A stretch of 64,000 bases of DNA from an uncultured Anaerolineaceae bacterium (GCA_964575425.1 CAZNRD010000002.1:1951-65950); one strand, 5' to 3'; counted from the stretch's first letter, positions 1-8,795 are shown. The notes: generated from the letters alone by a model not told the origin. Made by a program: numbers and translations.

Positions 1-10
1 GGAGATACAG

Positions 11-358
11 ATGGCGGAAAGCAAACCGATCAAGGTGCTGATCGTATGCGCCATGGGCATGTCCTCCAGCCTGCTGGAGAGCAAGACCATCGAAGCCGGC
101 AAGGCCCAGGGAGTGGAGGTGCAGATGAACGCCATCACCACTCCCGATGTCGCCCGCTGGGACTTCGCCACCAACTGGGTGGACATCGTGCTGGTGGCAC
201 CGCAGGTTCGCTACAAGCGCAAGAGCATCGCTGAGGCCGCCAACCCGCACGGCATCATCGTCCAGGACATCGACCCGGTCACCTTCGGCATGGTCGACGG
301 GGAGAAGCTCTTCCAGCAAATCGTGGACGCCGTTCGGGCTCGCGATGCGGCCAAGTAA
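11..358 (+). CDS. PTS EIIB component, lactose/cellobiose (type-3) family
   Basis: 115-aa ORF. KVLIVCAMGMSSS matches the phospho-cysteine loop of cellobiose-type EIIB. GGAG lies 6 nt upstream of the ATG. Confidence 0.85.
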   Translation: MAESKPIKVLIVCAMGMSSSLLESKTIEAGKAQGVEVQMNAITTPDVARWDFATNWVDIVLVAPQVRYKRKSIAEAANPHGIIVQDIDPVTFGMVDGEKLFQQIVDAVRARDAAK

Positions 359-427
359 CCCTGTGGGCGCGATTGTCTTTGGGACGTCGGGGATGGTGCG
401 GGCTGGTCCTCCTGGAGGCTTCGAACC

Positions 428-1279
428 TTGTTGGCCCGCGGCCTGCTGATCGCCCTCGCCGGCTTCCTCTTCATCTTCATCCCCGGCCTGCCGATGCGGC
501 TGCTGGCACGGCCCGGCCAGGCAGCGCCGCGCCCGCTGCTGTACTGGGGGATGCTCATCTGGGTGGTGACGCTTTTGGTGGGCCTGTTCTTCCAGAGTCT
601 GCTGCGGCAGGCGTTCCGGCCGGGGGGCAGCGGCCAGCCGCTGAGTGGACACCCCGCCGACTTGATCCTGACGCTGATCGGGGCACTGTTGCAAGCCTTC
701 TTCCTCGAGATGGGGACCTATTGGATGCTGAGGCGCAGGCGTGCGCAAGCTTCGGAGGTGGTGACGGCGGGGCTGACCCTGGGATACGGCGTGGGCCTGA
801 TCTGCCAGGTCTTCACCGGCCTGGCGCTGGTTGGCGCGGGTTTCCGCCTGGCGTTTGGCGACACGAGCGAGGCCACGCTGGCAACCCTGGCGGCCTCGCC
901 GATGCTCGATCTTCTCCTGGGACTGGCCGCCATGGTACTTTTCCGCCTCGCGCTGCTCGTGGTCCGCGGGGTGTTGGGAGTGCTGGTGGGGGAGGCGGCC
1001 GCCGGCCGGAGGCGCCTCTTGTGGTTGGCGATAGCGCTCGACGCTGCGTTCGCCTGGGTCATCCTGGTGTTGCAGGTAGCGATGGGAGGTGAGAGGCCTG
1101 GTCAGATCCTGGCAGGGCAGGTGGGCGCGGTCACGGCTGCGGTGTCGGCGGTCTACTACCTGATCGTGTTCGCGATTGCGTACCGATGGCTCAAGGTCAG
1201 GCTGCTCGCCGCCTCGCCCGTGGAGGCCCGAGCGGCTGGCGGAAACGGGCGCGCGCGGGCGGCTGCGCGCAAGGGGTGA
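428..1279 (+). CDS. Polytopic membrane protein, function unknown
   Basis: 283-aa ORF with a TTG start and about 7 hydrophobic segments. The C-terminal tail is basic. No motif recognised; it is too short to be a PTS EIIC. Confidence 0.55.
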   Translation: MLARGLLIALAGFLFIFIPGLPMRLLARPGQAAPRPLLYWGMLIWVVTLLVGLFFQSLLRQAFRPGGSGQPLSGHPADLILTLIGALLQAFFLEMGTYWMLRRRRAQASEVVTAGLTLGYGVGLICQVFTGLALVGAGFRLAFGDTSEATLATLAASPMLDLLLGLAAMVLFRLALLVVRGVLGVLVGEAAAGRRRLLWLAIALDAAFAWVILVLQVAMGGERPGQILAGQVGAVTAAVSAVYYLIVFAIAYRWLKVRLLAASPVEARAAGGNGRARAAARKG

Positions 1280-1283
1280 GCGG

Positions 1284-1946
1284 ATGGGAGAGGCTCCATT
1301 GGTGATCTACCACGCGGGCCGGGATGGCCGTCCGATGGTGTTCGTGCCCGCGGGCGAGTTTTACTTTGGCCCGGACCGACTGAAGTTGACTCTGCCGGAC
1401 TTCTACATCGACCGCTTCCCGGTGACCAACACCGAGTATAAGAAGTTCGTCGAAGCCGCGGGTGCTCCGGAGCCGACTCACTGGCGGCGCGGCACCTGGC
1501 CGGAGGGCAAGGCCGACCATCCCGTCGTCAATGTCACCTGGGAGCAGGCTGCCGCCTACGCCGAGTGGGTGGGAAAGCGCCTGCCCACGGAGGAGGAGTG
1601 GGAGAAGGCGTCCCGCGGCACCGACGGGCGCGAGTGGCCGTGGGGGAGCACCTTTGACCCCTCGCGCTGCAACACCAACGAATCCGGCATCTGGGACACT
1701 ACCCCGGTGGGCAGGTACTCGCCGGCCGGCGACAGCCCGTACGGGGCGGCGGACATGGCGGGCAACGTGTGGGAATGGATCGGCGGCAAGCCCTCTCCTT
1801 TGCGAATGCCCCTGCGCGGCGGCGACTGGCTAGACACCATGGAGGAGGCGCGCACGCACTCCCGACGCATGCATACGCCCAAGCGCAAGAACGACTTCAT
1901 CGGCTTCCGCTGCGCAGCCGACCAGGCCGCGCCGGCTGCCCGGTGA
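1284..1946 (+). CDS. Formylglycine-generating-enzyme (FGE/SUMF1) family domain protein
   Basis: Motifs FYIDRFPVTNTEYKKF, HPVVNVTWEQAAAYAEWVGKRLPTEEEWEKA, GNVWEW and FIGFRCA. The internal ATG at 1284 was chosen because it follows the upstream gene's stop. Confidence 0.8.
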   Translation: MGEAPLVIYHAGRDGRPMVFVPAGEFYFGPDRLKLTLPDFYIDRFPVTNTEYKKFVEAAGAPEPTHWRRGTWPEGKADHPVVNVTWEQAAAYAEWVGKRLPTEEEWEKASRGTDGREWPWGSTFDPSRCNTNESGIWDTTPVGRYSPAGDSPYGAADMAGNVWEWIGGKPSPLRMPLRGGDWLDTMEEARTHSRRMHTPKRKNDFIGFRCAADQAAPAAR

Positions 1947-1967
1947 CGAGCGAGCCACCGCTGGACA

Positions 1968-2606
1968 ATGCCTGAGTCACTGCGTTGGGTCCTGGTCCGC
2001 CACGGCGAGACCGAATGGATTGAGCGGGGGTTGCTCCACGGGAGACTGGACAGCCCCTTGAGCGTCACAGGGCGGAAACATGCCCAGCAGACGGCAGAGC
2101 GCCTGAGAGGGGAATGCTTCGATGCCCTGTACACCAGCCCGCTGGGCCGCGCCGTGGAGACGGCGGAGATTCTGGGGCGGGCAGTGGGAGTGGAACCGCA
2201 GGCGCTGGCGGAGCTGCGGGAAGTGGACTTCGGGCTACTGGAGGGGCGCCCGCGCTGGCTGCTCGACTCCGACGGGGTAGGCGGCCGTCTGCTCAGGCCA
2301 CTGGCCCGTGTTGCCTTTGTCCTCACGGGCGAGCCGCCCCAGCGCGTGGCACAGCGCGTGAGCGCCGCCGTTGACCTGCTCGTCGCGCGCCATCCAACGG
2401 GGCACCTTCTCCTGGTGACCCACTGGGGCGTTCTCAGTCAACTGGCTGCGCTGCTGCTCGACCGAGACCCGCGCGCTTGGCGCCGCTACGGCCCGTGGGA
2501 GGCCTGCGGGCTTTCGGAGATCGTCGGCGTACGGGCTCCCGCGCTGACCTGGCGTGCCGTTCGCCTGAACGACACCTCCCACCTGGATGGAAAGGGGCCG
2601 CCGTGA
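1968..2606 (+). CDS. Histidine phosphatase family protein (phosphoglycerate-mutase-like)
   Basis: N-terminal VLVRHGETEW (RHG catalytic motif) and a later LLVTHWGVL (second His). Confidence 0.8.
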   Translation: MPESLRWVLVRHGETEWIERGLLHGRLDSPLSVTGRKHAQQTAERLRGECFDALYTSPLGRAVETAEILGRAVGVEPQALAELREVDFGLLEGRPRWLLDSDGVGGRLLRPLARVAFVLTGEPPQRVAQRVSAAVDLLVARHPTGHLLLVTHWGVLSQLAALLLDRDPRAWRRYGPWEACGLSEIVGVRAPALTWRAVRLNDTSHLDGKGPP

Positions 2607-2968
2607 CGATTGACCCTGAGATGGAGCAAACCCTCTTCAACCTGATCCTGCACGCGGGCAACGCGCGCTCGAAAGCCAAGGAGGCGGCCGAATTCGCCGA
2701 CCAGGGCGATTGGGATCAAGCCAGGGCCTGCATGGACGAAGCGAACGCCGAGCAGCTCCAGGCCCACAAGCTCAATGTGAGCATCATCCGCCGCGAGGCC
2801 GCGGGCGAATCTGTCCCGTTCTCCGTACTGCTGGTGCATGCGATGGACCTGCTGCTCCTGGCCTGGAGCGAGCTCGACTACACCGAGCAGTACATTCGCA
2901 CCTCCAGGCGCCTGCGCGCTCTGGAGGATGAGGTGGCCGAATGGCGAAAGCAAGCATCGACAAGCTGA
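2603..2968 (+). CDS. PTS EIIA component, lactose/cellobiose family
   Basis: LFNLILHAGNARSKAKEAAEFADQGDWDQA...LLVHAMDLLL fits the three-helix EIIA(Lac/Cel) pattern. The GTG at 2603 overlaps the upstream stop (GTGA); an alternative ATG lies at 2621. Confidence 0.8.
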   Translation: MTIDPEMEQTLFNLILHAGNARSKAKEAAEFADQGDWDQARACMDEANAEQLQAHKLNVSIIRREAAGESVPFSVLLVHAMDLLLLAWSELDYTEQYIRTSRRLRALEDEVAEWRKQASTS

Positions 2969-4236
2969 CCTACATCGGCGGCGGCAGCACCTACACACCC
3001 GAGTTCGTCGATGGCTTCATCCAGCACGAGGAGGAAGTCGAGCTCAAAGAGATCGCCCTGTTCGACATCCACGAGGAGCGGTTGAAGGTCGTGGGCGGCA
3101 TGGTGCAGCGCATGTTGCAGCACGCCGAGCTCGACACGAAGGTCACGCTCACCCTCCGGCGCGCCGAGGCCCTTGAAGGCGCACAGTTGATCGTTTCGGC
3201 CATCCGCGTCGGCGGGATGGAGGCCCGCATCCAGGACGAGAAGATTCCGCTCAAGTACGGGGTTCTCGGCCAGGAGACTACCGGGCCGGGCGGCACGCTC
3301 AAGGCATGGCGCACAATCCCCGTCGCGCTCGACATTGCCAGAGATGTGGCCAGGTATGCCCCCGGCTCGTGGTACCTGAACTTCACCAACCCCTCCGGCA
3401 TCATCACCGAAGCACTTCTGAAGCACACCGACCTGAAGGTGGTCGGCCTGTGCAACGTCCCCATCAACATGCAGATGGGGATGGCGCTGCTCCTGGGCGT
3501 CGAACCGCAGGACGTGTTCCTGGAATGGCTGGGGCTGAACCATGTCAACTGGATCCGGCGCGTCTACGCGCGCGGCGAGGACGCCACGCCACGCCTGATG
3601 GCAATGCTCGACGACCTGGCGCAGCATCCCGAATTCCCCCGCTTCGACCCGGAGATGGTGCGGGCGCTCGGAGTCCTTCCCACCTACTACCTGCAGTACT
3701 ACTACGACCACCCGCGCAAGCTGGCCGAGGCCAGAGCCGCGCCCCGAACGCGCGGCGAGGTTGTGCGGGAAGTGGAGGAGGAGCTGCTGGCCAAGTACGC
3801 GGACCCGAACCAGGTGGTCAAACCGCTAGAACTGAGCCAGCGCGGCGGTGCCCTTTACTCCGAGGCTGCTCTGCGCGTCATCCTGTCGCTGCTGTTTGAT
3901 CGTCGCGACGTTCAGATCCTGGTAACTCGCAATGGCAGCAGCCTGCCGGACCTGCCGCCCGATTCGGCCGTCGAGGTGCCGTGTGTGGTCGGAGCACACG
4001 GAGTGACGCCGCTCAGCATGGGGCCGCTGCCGGAGACCATCCGCGCCCTCTGCCAGCAGGCAAAGGCCTGGGAGAGCTGGACGGTGCGGGCGGGAGTGAG
4101 CGGGGACCGTCGCGAGGCGCTGGTGGCCATGCTGACCAACCCGCTCGTCCCCTCCTTCGAGGTGGCCAAAGGTCTGGTGGACGAAATGCTCGAGGCCAGT
4201 CGGGCCTACTTGCCTCAATTCTTCCCGACGGCGTGA
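2941..4236 (+). CDS. Glycoside hydrolase family 4, 6-phospho-beta-glucosidase-like
   Basis: 431 aa. KLTYIGGGSTYTPEF Rossmann start, LNFTNPSG, GLCNVP (metal Cys) and LNHVNW (metal His), all typical of CelF/ChbF-type GH4. Confidence 0.85.
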   Translation: MAKASIDKLTYIGGGSTYTPEFVDGFIQHEEEVELKEIALFDIHEERLKVVGGMVQRMLQHAELDTKVTLTLRRAEALEGAQLIVSAIRVGGMEARIQDEKIPLKYGVLGQETTGPGGTLKAWRTIPVALDIARDVARYAPGSWYLNFTNPSGIITEALLKHTDLKVVGLCNVPINMQMGMALLLGVEPQDVFLEWLGLNHVNWIRRVYARGEDATPRLMAMLDDLAQHPEFPRFDPEMVRALGVLPTYYLQYYYDHPRKLAEARAAPRTRGEVVREVEEELLAKYADPNQVVKPLELSQRGGALYSEAALRVILSLLFDRRDVQILVTRNGSSLPDLPPDSAVEVPCVVGAHGVTPLSMGPLPETIRALCQQAKAWESWTVRAGVSGDRREALVAMLTNPLVPSFEVAKGLVDEMLEASRAYLPQFFPTA

Positions 4237-4269
4237 AGCCGTCGGACAAGCCATCTCTGTGGAGGCTCC

Positions 4270-5472
4270 ATGACCAAGATCGACCTCTCTCGCCCGCTCC
4301 CCATCCCCGATTCGATGCAGGGCCTGGTTTCGCTGGCAACCGAGGCGCACGAGGTCACCATCGGTGAAGGACATCTGGAGCGGCAGTACCTGGAGATCGC
4401 CGACGAGGTGCGCGCAACCGTCGAGGCCGTGCTGCCCACTGGCCGCTACACGCTCGGGCCCAACGTGGAGGCCTTTGAGGAGGAGTTCGCTGCCTACTGC
4501 GACAGCCGCTTCAGCATCGGCATCTCCAGCGGGACAGAGGCCCTCCACTTGGCGCTGGAGGCGCTGGGGGTCGGGCCGGGAGACGAAGTCATCACCGTCA
4601 GCAACACCTACGTGGCGACCGCCTTCGCCGTCTCCTACACCGGAGCCACCCCGGTCTTTGTCGACGTCGATCCACGCACCTTCAACATGACCGCCGAGCT
4701 CGTCGCCGAAAAGATCACCCCCCGCACCCACGGCCTGATCCCGGTCCACCTTTACGGGCATCCGGTCGACATGGACCCGATCCTGGAGCTGGCGCGCCGA
4801 CACGGGCTGTGGGTGCTGGAGGATGCCTCGCACGCGCACGGGGCCAGCTACAAGGGGCGCAAGACGGGTTCGCTGGGGGACATCGCCGCGTTTTCGTTCT
4901 ACCCGGGCAAGAACCTCGGCGCCTACGGCGACGGCGGGGCGATCACCACCAGCGACCCGGACCTGGATCAGAAGGTGCGGGTGCTGCGCTACGTCGGTCA
5001 GCGGGTGAAATTCGTCCACGAAGTGGTCGGCTTCCAGGAGCGCCTGGATGAGATCCAGGCTGCCATCCTGCGCGTGAAACTCAAGCGGCTGGATGAATGG
5101 AACCAAAGACGGCGTCACTGGGCGGCCATCTACGACGAGATGCTCGCCGACACGCCCCTGCAGCTGCCATTCGTCGACCGAGACGTCGATCACGTTTACT
5201 ACTCCTATGCCACCCTTGCCCCCAGGGAAGAGGAGCGCAACGAACTCCTTGGCTACCTGCTGGAGCGCGGCATCGGTGCCTTCGCCATGTATCCGGCGCT
5301 GGTGCCGCTGCAGGCGGCCTACGCCCACCTGGGGTACAGCGAGAAGGACTTTCCGGTCAGCGCGGGCTGCGCCCGCCGGGTCCTCAACCTGCCAATGTTC
5401 GAGACGCTGCGCTGGGACGAGGTGCGCCGCGTGGCCGAGGCCATTCTATCGTTCTATGATCGGGCCAGGTGA
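4270..5472 (+). CDS. DegT/DnrJ/EryC1/StrS-family PLP-dependent sugar aminotransferase
   Basis: 400 aa. GTEALHLALEALGVGPGDEVI, EDASHAHGA and AAFSFYPGKNLGAYGDGGAITT (PLP-lysine region). Confidence 0.85.
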   Translation: MTKIDLSRPLPIPDSMQGLVSLATEAHEVTIGEGHLERQYLEIADEVRATVEAVLPTGRYTLGPNVEAFEEEFAAYCDSRFSIGISSGTEALHLALEALGVGPGDEVITVSNTYVATAFAVSYTGATPVFVDVDPRTFNMTAELVAEKITPRTHGLIPVHLYGHPVDMDPILELARRHGLWVLEDASHAHGASYKGRKTGSLGDIAAFSFYPGKNLGAYGDGGAITTSDPDLDQKVRVLRYVGQRVKFVHEVVGFQERLDEIQAAILRVKLKRLDEWNQRRRHWAAIYDEMLADTPLQLPFVDRDVDHVYYSYATLAPREEERNELLGYLLERGIGAFAMYPALVPLQAAYAHLGYSEKDFPVSAGCARRVLNLPMFETLRWDEVRRVAEAILSFYDRAR

Positions 5473-6728
5473 ACACGATGAGCGACAAGATCCACCTCGC
5501 CGTGGTCGGGGGCAGCGGGGCAGCCACGCCGGCCCTGATTCAGGCTCTGGCGAACCGCGGCGACAGGCCGCCGATGGAGGTGGTGCTAATCGGACGGACA
5601 GAGGGCAAACTGGCCCGCGTCGCAGCGGTTGCCGAACGCCTGGCGCAGGGCGCAAAGGAGGCACCGCTCGAGATTCGCGCGACCACCGACATCGACCGCG
5701 GCCTCGAAGGGGCCGACTACGTCTTCAGCCAGATTCGCGTGGGCGGCTACGCCGCCCGCCAGCGTGATGAGACATTTCCCCATGCCTTCGGCCTTCCCGG
5801 AGAGGAGACCTTCGGCCCCGGCGGTATGAACAACGCGCTGCGCACCGTCCCGGTGACCCTCGAGGCCTGCCGCCGCATCGAGAAGGTCGCACCCCAGGCA
5901 CTCCTGATCAACTTGACCAACCCGTCGAGCTACATCCAGTATGCCATCGCGCGGTACACGAAGGTTTCGGTGGTGGGTGTCTGTGATTCTCCCGTGGGCC
6001 TCGCGACCGGCATCGCCGCCGCGCTGGGAGCCTCGGTGGAGGAGTTGTGGGTCGGGTACGTCGGCATGCACCACTTCGGCTGGGTGACCGAGGTGCGGTG
6101 GCGCGGTCAAGACGTGATACCGGACCTTCTAAGTCGCCTCGACGAATTCCCCGGCCTGCCCGTCGATGCGGACATGGTGCGCGCCGTTGGCGCCATCCCC
6201 ACTTCCTACTTCCGCTACTACTTTCATCCGGACCGCATGCTCACCAAGCAGCAGGGCAAGCCTTCCCGCGCCGAGCAGTTGATGGAGCTGGAGGCCAGGA
6301 TGCTGGCCGAGTATGGGGCACACAAGGGGCCGGGTCTGCCGCCGAGCCTGCAGCAGCGGGGCGCGCACTGGTACGAAGAGGTGGTTGTCCCCGTGCTCCT
6401 GGCCCATGCGCTGGACTCGCGCCGCGTCTTCATTCTCAACCTGCCCAACAAGACAACCCTTCCCTGGATGCCCGCCGAGGCCATCGTCGAACTGCCCGCC
6501 CTGGTGACGCGCCAGGGTTTCTACCCGCTCGACCCCCCATCGGTGCCTCCGGACCTGCGGGCGATGCTCGTGGGCAACGCAGCCTGCGAGATGCTGTGGG
6601 TGGAGGCGGTGGTTGAGCGATCGTATGAAAAGGCTCTCCGGGCCATGATGCTCAGCCCGTTGGTCCACAACCTCGACCAGGCCCGGGCGATCCTTGACGC
6701 AATGTGGCCAGGGGGAGCCACGTCCTGA
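5469..6728 (+). CDS. Glycoside hydrolase family 4 paralog (diverged)
   Basis: 419 aa. HLAVVGGSGAATPAL, INLTNPSS, GVCDSP and MHHFGW align with motifs of the first GH4. The GTG at 5469 overlaps the DegT stop; an alternative ATG lies at 5478. Confidence 0.75.
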   Translation: MNTMSDKIHLAVVGGSGAATPALIQALANRGDRPPMEVVLIGRTEGKLARVAAVAERLAQGAKEAPLEIRATTDIDRGLEGADYVFSQIRVGGYAARQRDETFPHAFGLPGEETFGPGGMNNALRTVPVTLEACRRIEKVAPQALLINLTNPSSYIQYAIARYTKVSVVGVCDSPVGLATGIAAALGASVEELWVGYVGMHHFGWVTEVRWRGQDVIPDLLSRLDEFPGLPVDADMVRAVGAIPTSYFRYYFHPDRMLTKQQGKPSRAEQLMELEARMLAEYGAHKGPGLPPSLQQRGAHWYEEVVVPVLLAHALDSRRVFILNLPNKTTLPWMPAEAIVELPALVTRQGFYPLDPPSVPPDLRAMLVGNAACEMLWVEAVVERSYEKALRAMMLSPLVHNLDQARAILDAMWPGGATS

Positions 6729-6736
6729 GCAGCGGC

Positions 6737-7601
6737 ATGGGAAGTGCTCCAGAGGGACGCGCCTTTGTTCTGGGGATCGACGGTGGGGCGACGCGCACAG
6801 TCTGCCTGATCGCGGACGAAGCTGGAACCGAGGTCGCCCGAGCAGTGGGCGGGCCTTCGAACCACCAGGCGGTAGGGGTGGAGGCGGCGCGGCGGGCGCT
6901 GGCGCAGGCCATCGCGCAAGCGTGCGATGCGGCCGGGAACCCGCCGCTGGCGGCTGCTTGCTGGGGCATGGCCGGGCTGGACCGCCCGGAAGACGGCCGC
7001 ATCCTCAACGCGCTCGCGGCCGAGCTCCTTCCCGGGGTGCCGGTTGCGGTCGTTCATGATGCCGACATCGCGCTGGTGGGTGGGGCGGGCGGCAGCCGAG
7101 TGGGCGTGGTGGTGATCGCCGGGACGGGGTCCATTGCTGCGGGCTACGACATCGCTGGGCGAACGGCGCGCGCCGGCGGCTGGGGCCATGTGCTGGGTGA
7201 CGAGGGCAGTGGCTACGACATTGCCCGGCGCGGCCTGAACGCCGCCACGCGCGCCTCCGACGGCCGGGCGCCAGCGACGGCGCTGGCGACCGTCGTGCTG
7301 GCGGCGGCCGATGAGGGGGGACGGGACCGCGAGGGCTATCGTCGAGGCGTGCAGCGACGAGCTGGCGCTGGCCGCGGAGACCGTGATCCGGGCGCTGGGC
7401 ATGGAAGCGGAAACGTTCGACGTCGTCCTGTCGGAAGGGATCTTCCAGGGAAGCGAAAAAGTGGTCGAATGCGTTCGCTGCCGTCTGGCGGGAGTGGCTC
7501 CGCGGGCGCGGGTCCGGCTCCCACTGCGGGAACCTGTGTGGGGAGCCGTGTGGCTGGCGCTGCAAGGCTGCAGATCGTCTAGAGATCCCGGTCAGCGATG
7601 A
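6737..7601 (+). pseudogene. BadF/BadG/BcrA/BcrD-type ATPase (N-acetylglucosamine-kinase-like), frameshifted
   Basis: One frame reads FVLGIDGGATRT...GWGHVLGDEGSGYDIARRGL and then degenerates after AAADEGG. ORF 7311-7601 in another frame continues GDGTARAIVEACSDELALAAE...PVWGAVWLAL. The switch falls in the G6 run at 7315-7320; deleting one G gives a single 287-aa product. Confidence 0.7.
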
Positions 7602-8436
7602 GGCCGTAGAGTTCCGGACGCCGGTCTCTCAGCAAGTCGATTTCGTATTCGCCGGGTCTGAAGATGCGGTGCTTGCGCTCGCTGCGGCTGAGATCCAGGT
7701 CAGCGATGAGCAGCGCTTCCTTATCCTTGCCGGCCTCGGCTAGGACTTCCCCATCAGGACCTATGATCATGCTGCGGCCGAGGTAGCGCGAGGCGCCCTC
7801 GGAACCGACATGGTCTGCTGCCAGGAGGTAGAGGCCGTTCTCGGCCGCGCGGGCTCGCGCCACGAAGTCGGGGTAGAGCGTGGCGGCCTGCGGCCAGGCG
7901 GTGGGGAGCAGGATGGCCTGGGCGCCGGTGAGGGCCAGGACGCGCGCCGGCTCGGGAAAGCGCAGGTCGTAGCAGATTAGCATTCCCAGGCGGCCGAGCG
8001 GGGTGGCGAACGGCTCTGCCAGCCTCTCGCCGGGGGTGAGGTACCGGTCGACGCCGAGGCAGATGAGATGTGTCTTTCGGTAGCATCCGAGGACGCCGTC
8101 CGGCGAGAGCAACACCGCGGTGTTGAAGCAGCGGCCGTGCTCGTCCTTCTCGATCGTTCCCACGACGGCGTGCAGATCCCAGCGGCGGCAGGCCTCGGCC
8201 AGGCGGTCCGTGCGGGGCCCAGGGATCGGTTCGGCCATGGCGGCGGCCTCCTCGGCGGTCAGCATGTAGCCCGTGAGGGCGCATTCCGGGAACAGCACTA
8301 ACTGCGCGCCCTGCGCGGCGGCCTGGTGCATCCAGTCGAGGACGCGGGCCAGGTTCCGCTCGGGTTCGAGGGGCTGGGTTTCCATCTGCACGACAGCGAT
8401 CCGCGGCATGGCATGACTCCGGTTTGCGTCCGACAT
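7579..8436 (-). CDS. Carbon-nitrogen hydrolase (nitrilase superfamily) amidohydrolase
   Basis: 285 aa. IAVVQMET..., LVLFPECALTGY (Glu), YRKTHL (Lys) and MLICYDLRFPE (Cys) form the catalytic triad pattern. Confidence 0.85.
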   Translation of the reverse strand: MSDANRSHAMPRIAVVQMETQPLEPERNLARVLDWMHQAAAQGAQLVLFPECALTGYMLTAEEAAAMAEPIPGPRTDRLAEACRRWDLHAVVGTIEKDEHGRCFNTAVLLSPDGVLGCYRKTHLICLGVDRYLTPGERLAEPFATPLGRLGMLICYDLRFPEPARVLALTGAQAILLPTAWPQAATLYPDFVARARAAENGLYLLAADHVGSEGASRYLGRSMIIGPDGEVLAEAGKDKEALLIADLDLSRSERKHRIFRPGEYEIDLLRDRRPELYGLIADRDL

Positions 8437-8502
8437 GAGTATACCCAGTGGGCCGTAGCGGTGAGCACTCGTCCCGGCAGGAGGCCTTCAGCGTTGAAGA
8501 AC

Positions 8503-8533
8503 CGCCGCCCTGTGCCTGGGCCACAGGGCGGCG
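8503..8533 (-). terminator. Perfect 12-bp GC hairpin downstream of the small minus-strand ORF
   Basis: CGCCGCCCTGTG (8503-8514) pairs with CACAGGGCGGCG (8522-8533) around a 7-nt loop. It sits about 30 nt past the stop at 8562, with a weak T-rich tail on the minus strand. Confidence 0.35.
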
Positions 8534-8561
8534 TTGGTGGGCCGAATGTCCGGAGGTGTGT

Positions 8562-8795
8562 TCAGGCGCTTTTGGTTTCTTCCAGGCCTTTGAGCGCGTG
8601 GTCAATCAGGCTGCGTGCCGCCAGCAGCATCTCGCGCCCGGCCGCCCGGCGGTGGCGGATGAACTCAGGCGGGAACAGGGCCTCGACGCTCTTGCGCAAT
8701 TCCTCACGGGCGGCGCGGAAATGGGCACGCGCCTCCTCCGGAATCACCCGGCAGGGGCGGCCTGCCTCCTCTGGGGGAACCTTCTTCTCGGGCAT
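8562..8795 (-). CDS. Small charged helical protein, unknown function
   Basis: 77 aa from the internal ATG at 8795, preceded by GGAGG. Arg/Glu/Ala-rich. No family recognised. Confidence 0.45.
   Translation of the reverse strand: MPEKKVPPEEAGRPCRVIPEEARAHFRAAREELRKSVEALFPPEFIRHRRAAGREMLLAARSLIDHALKGLEETKSA

Noticed and set aside
3826-5328. 500-aa minus-strand ORF opposite the GH4 and DegT genes
   Set aside because: It is antisense to two genes with clear family motifs and has no recognisable motifs of its own.
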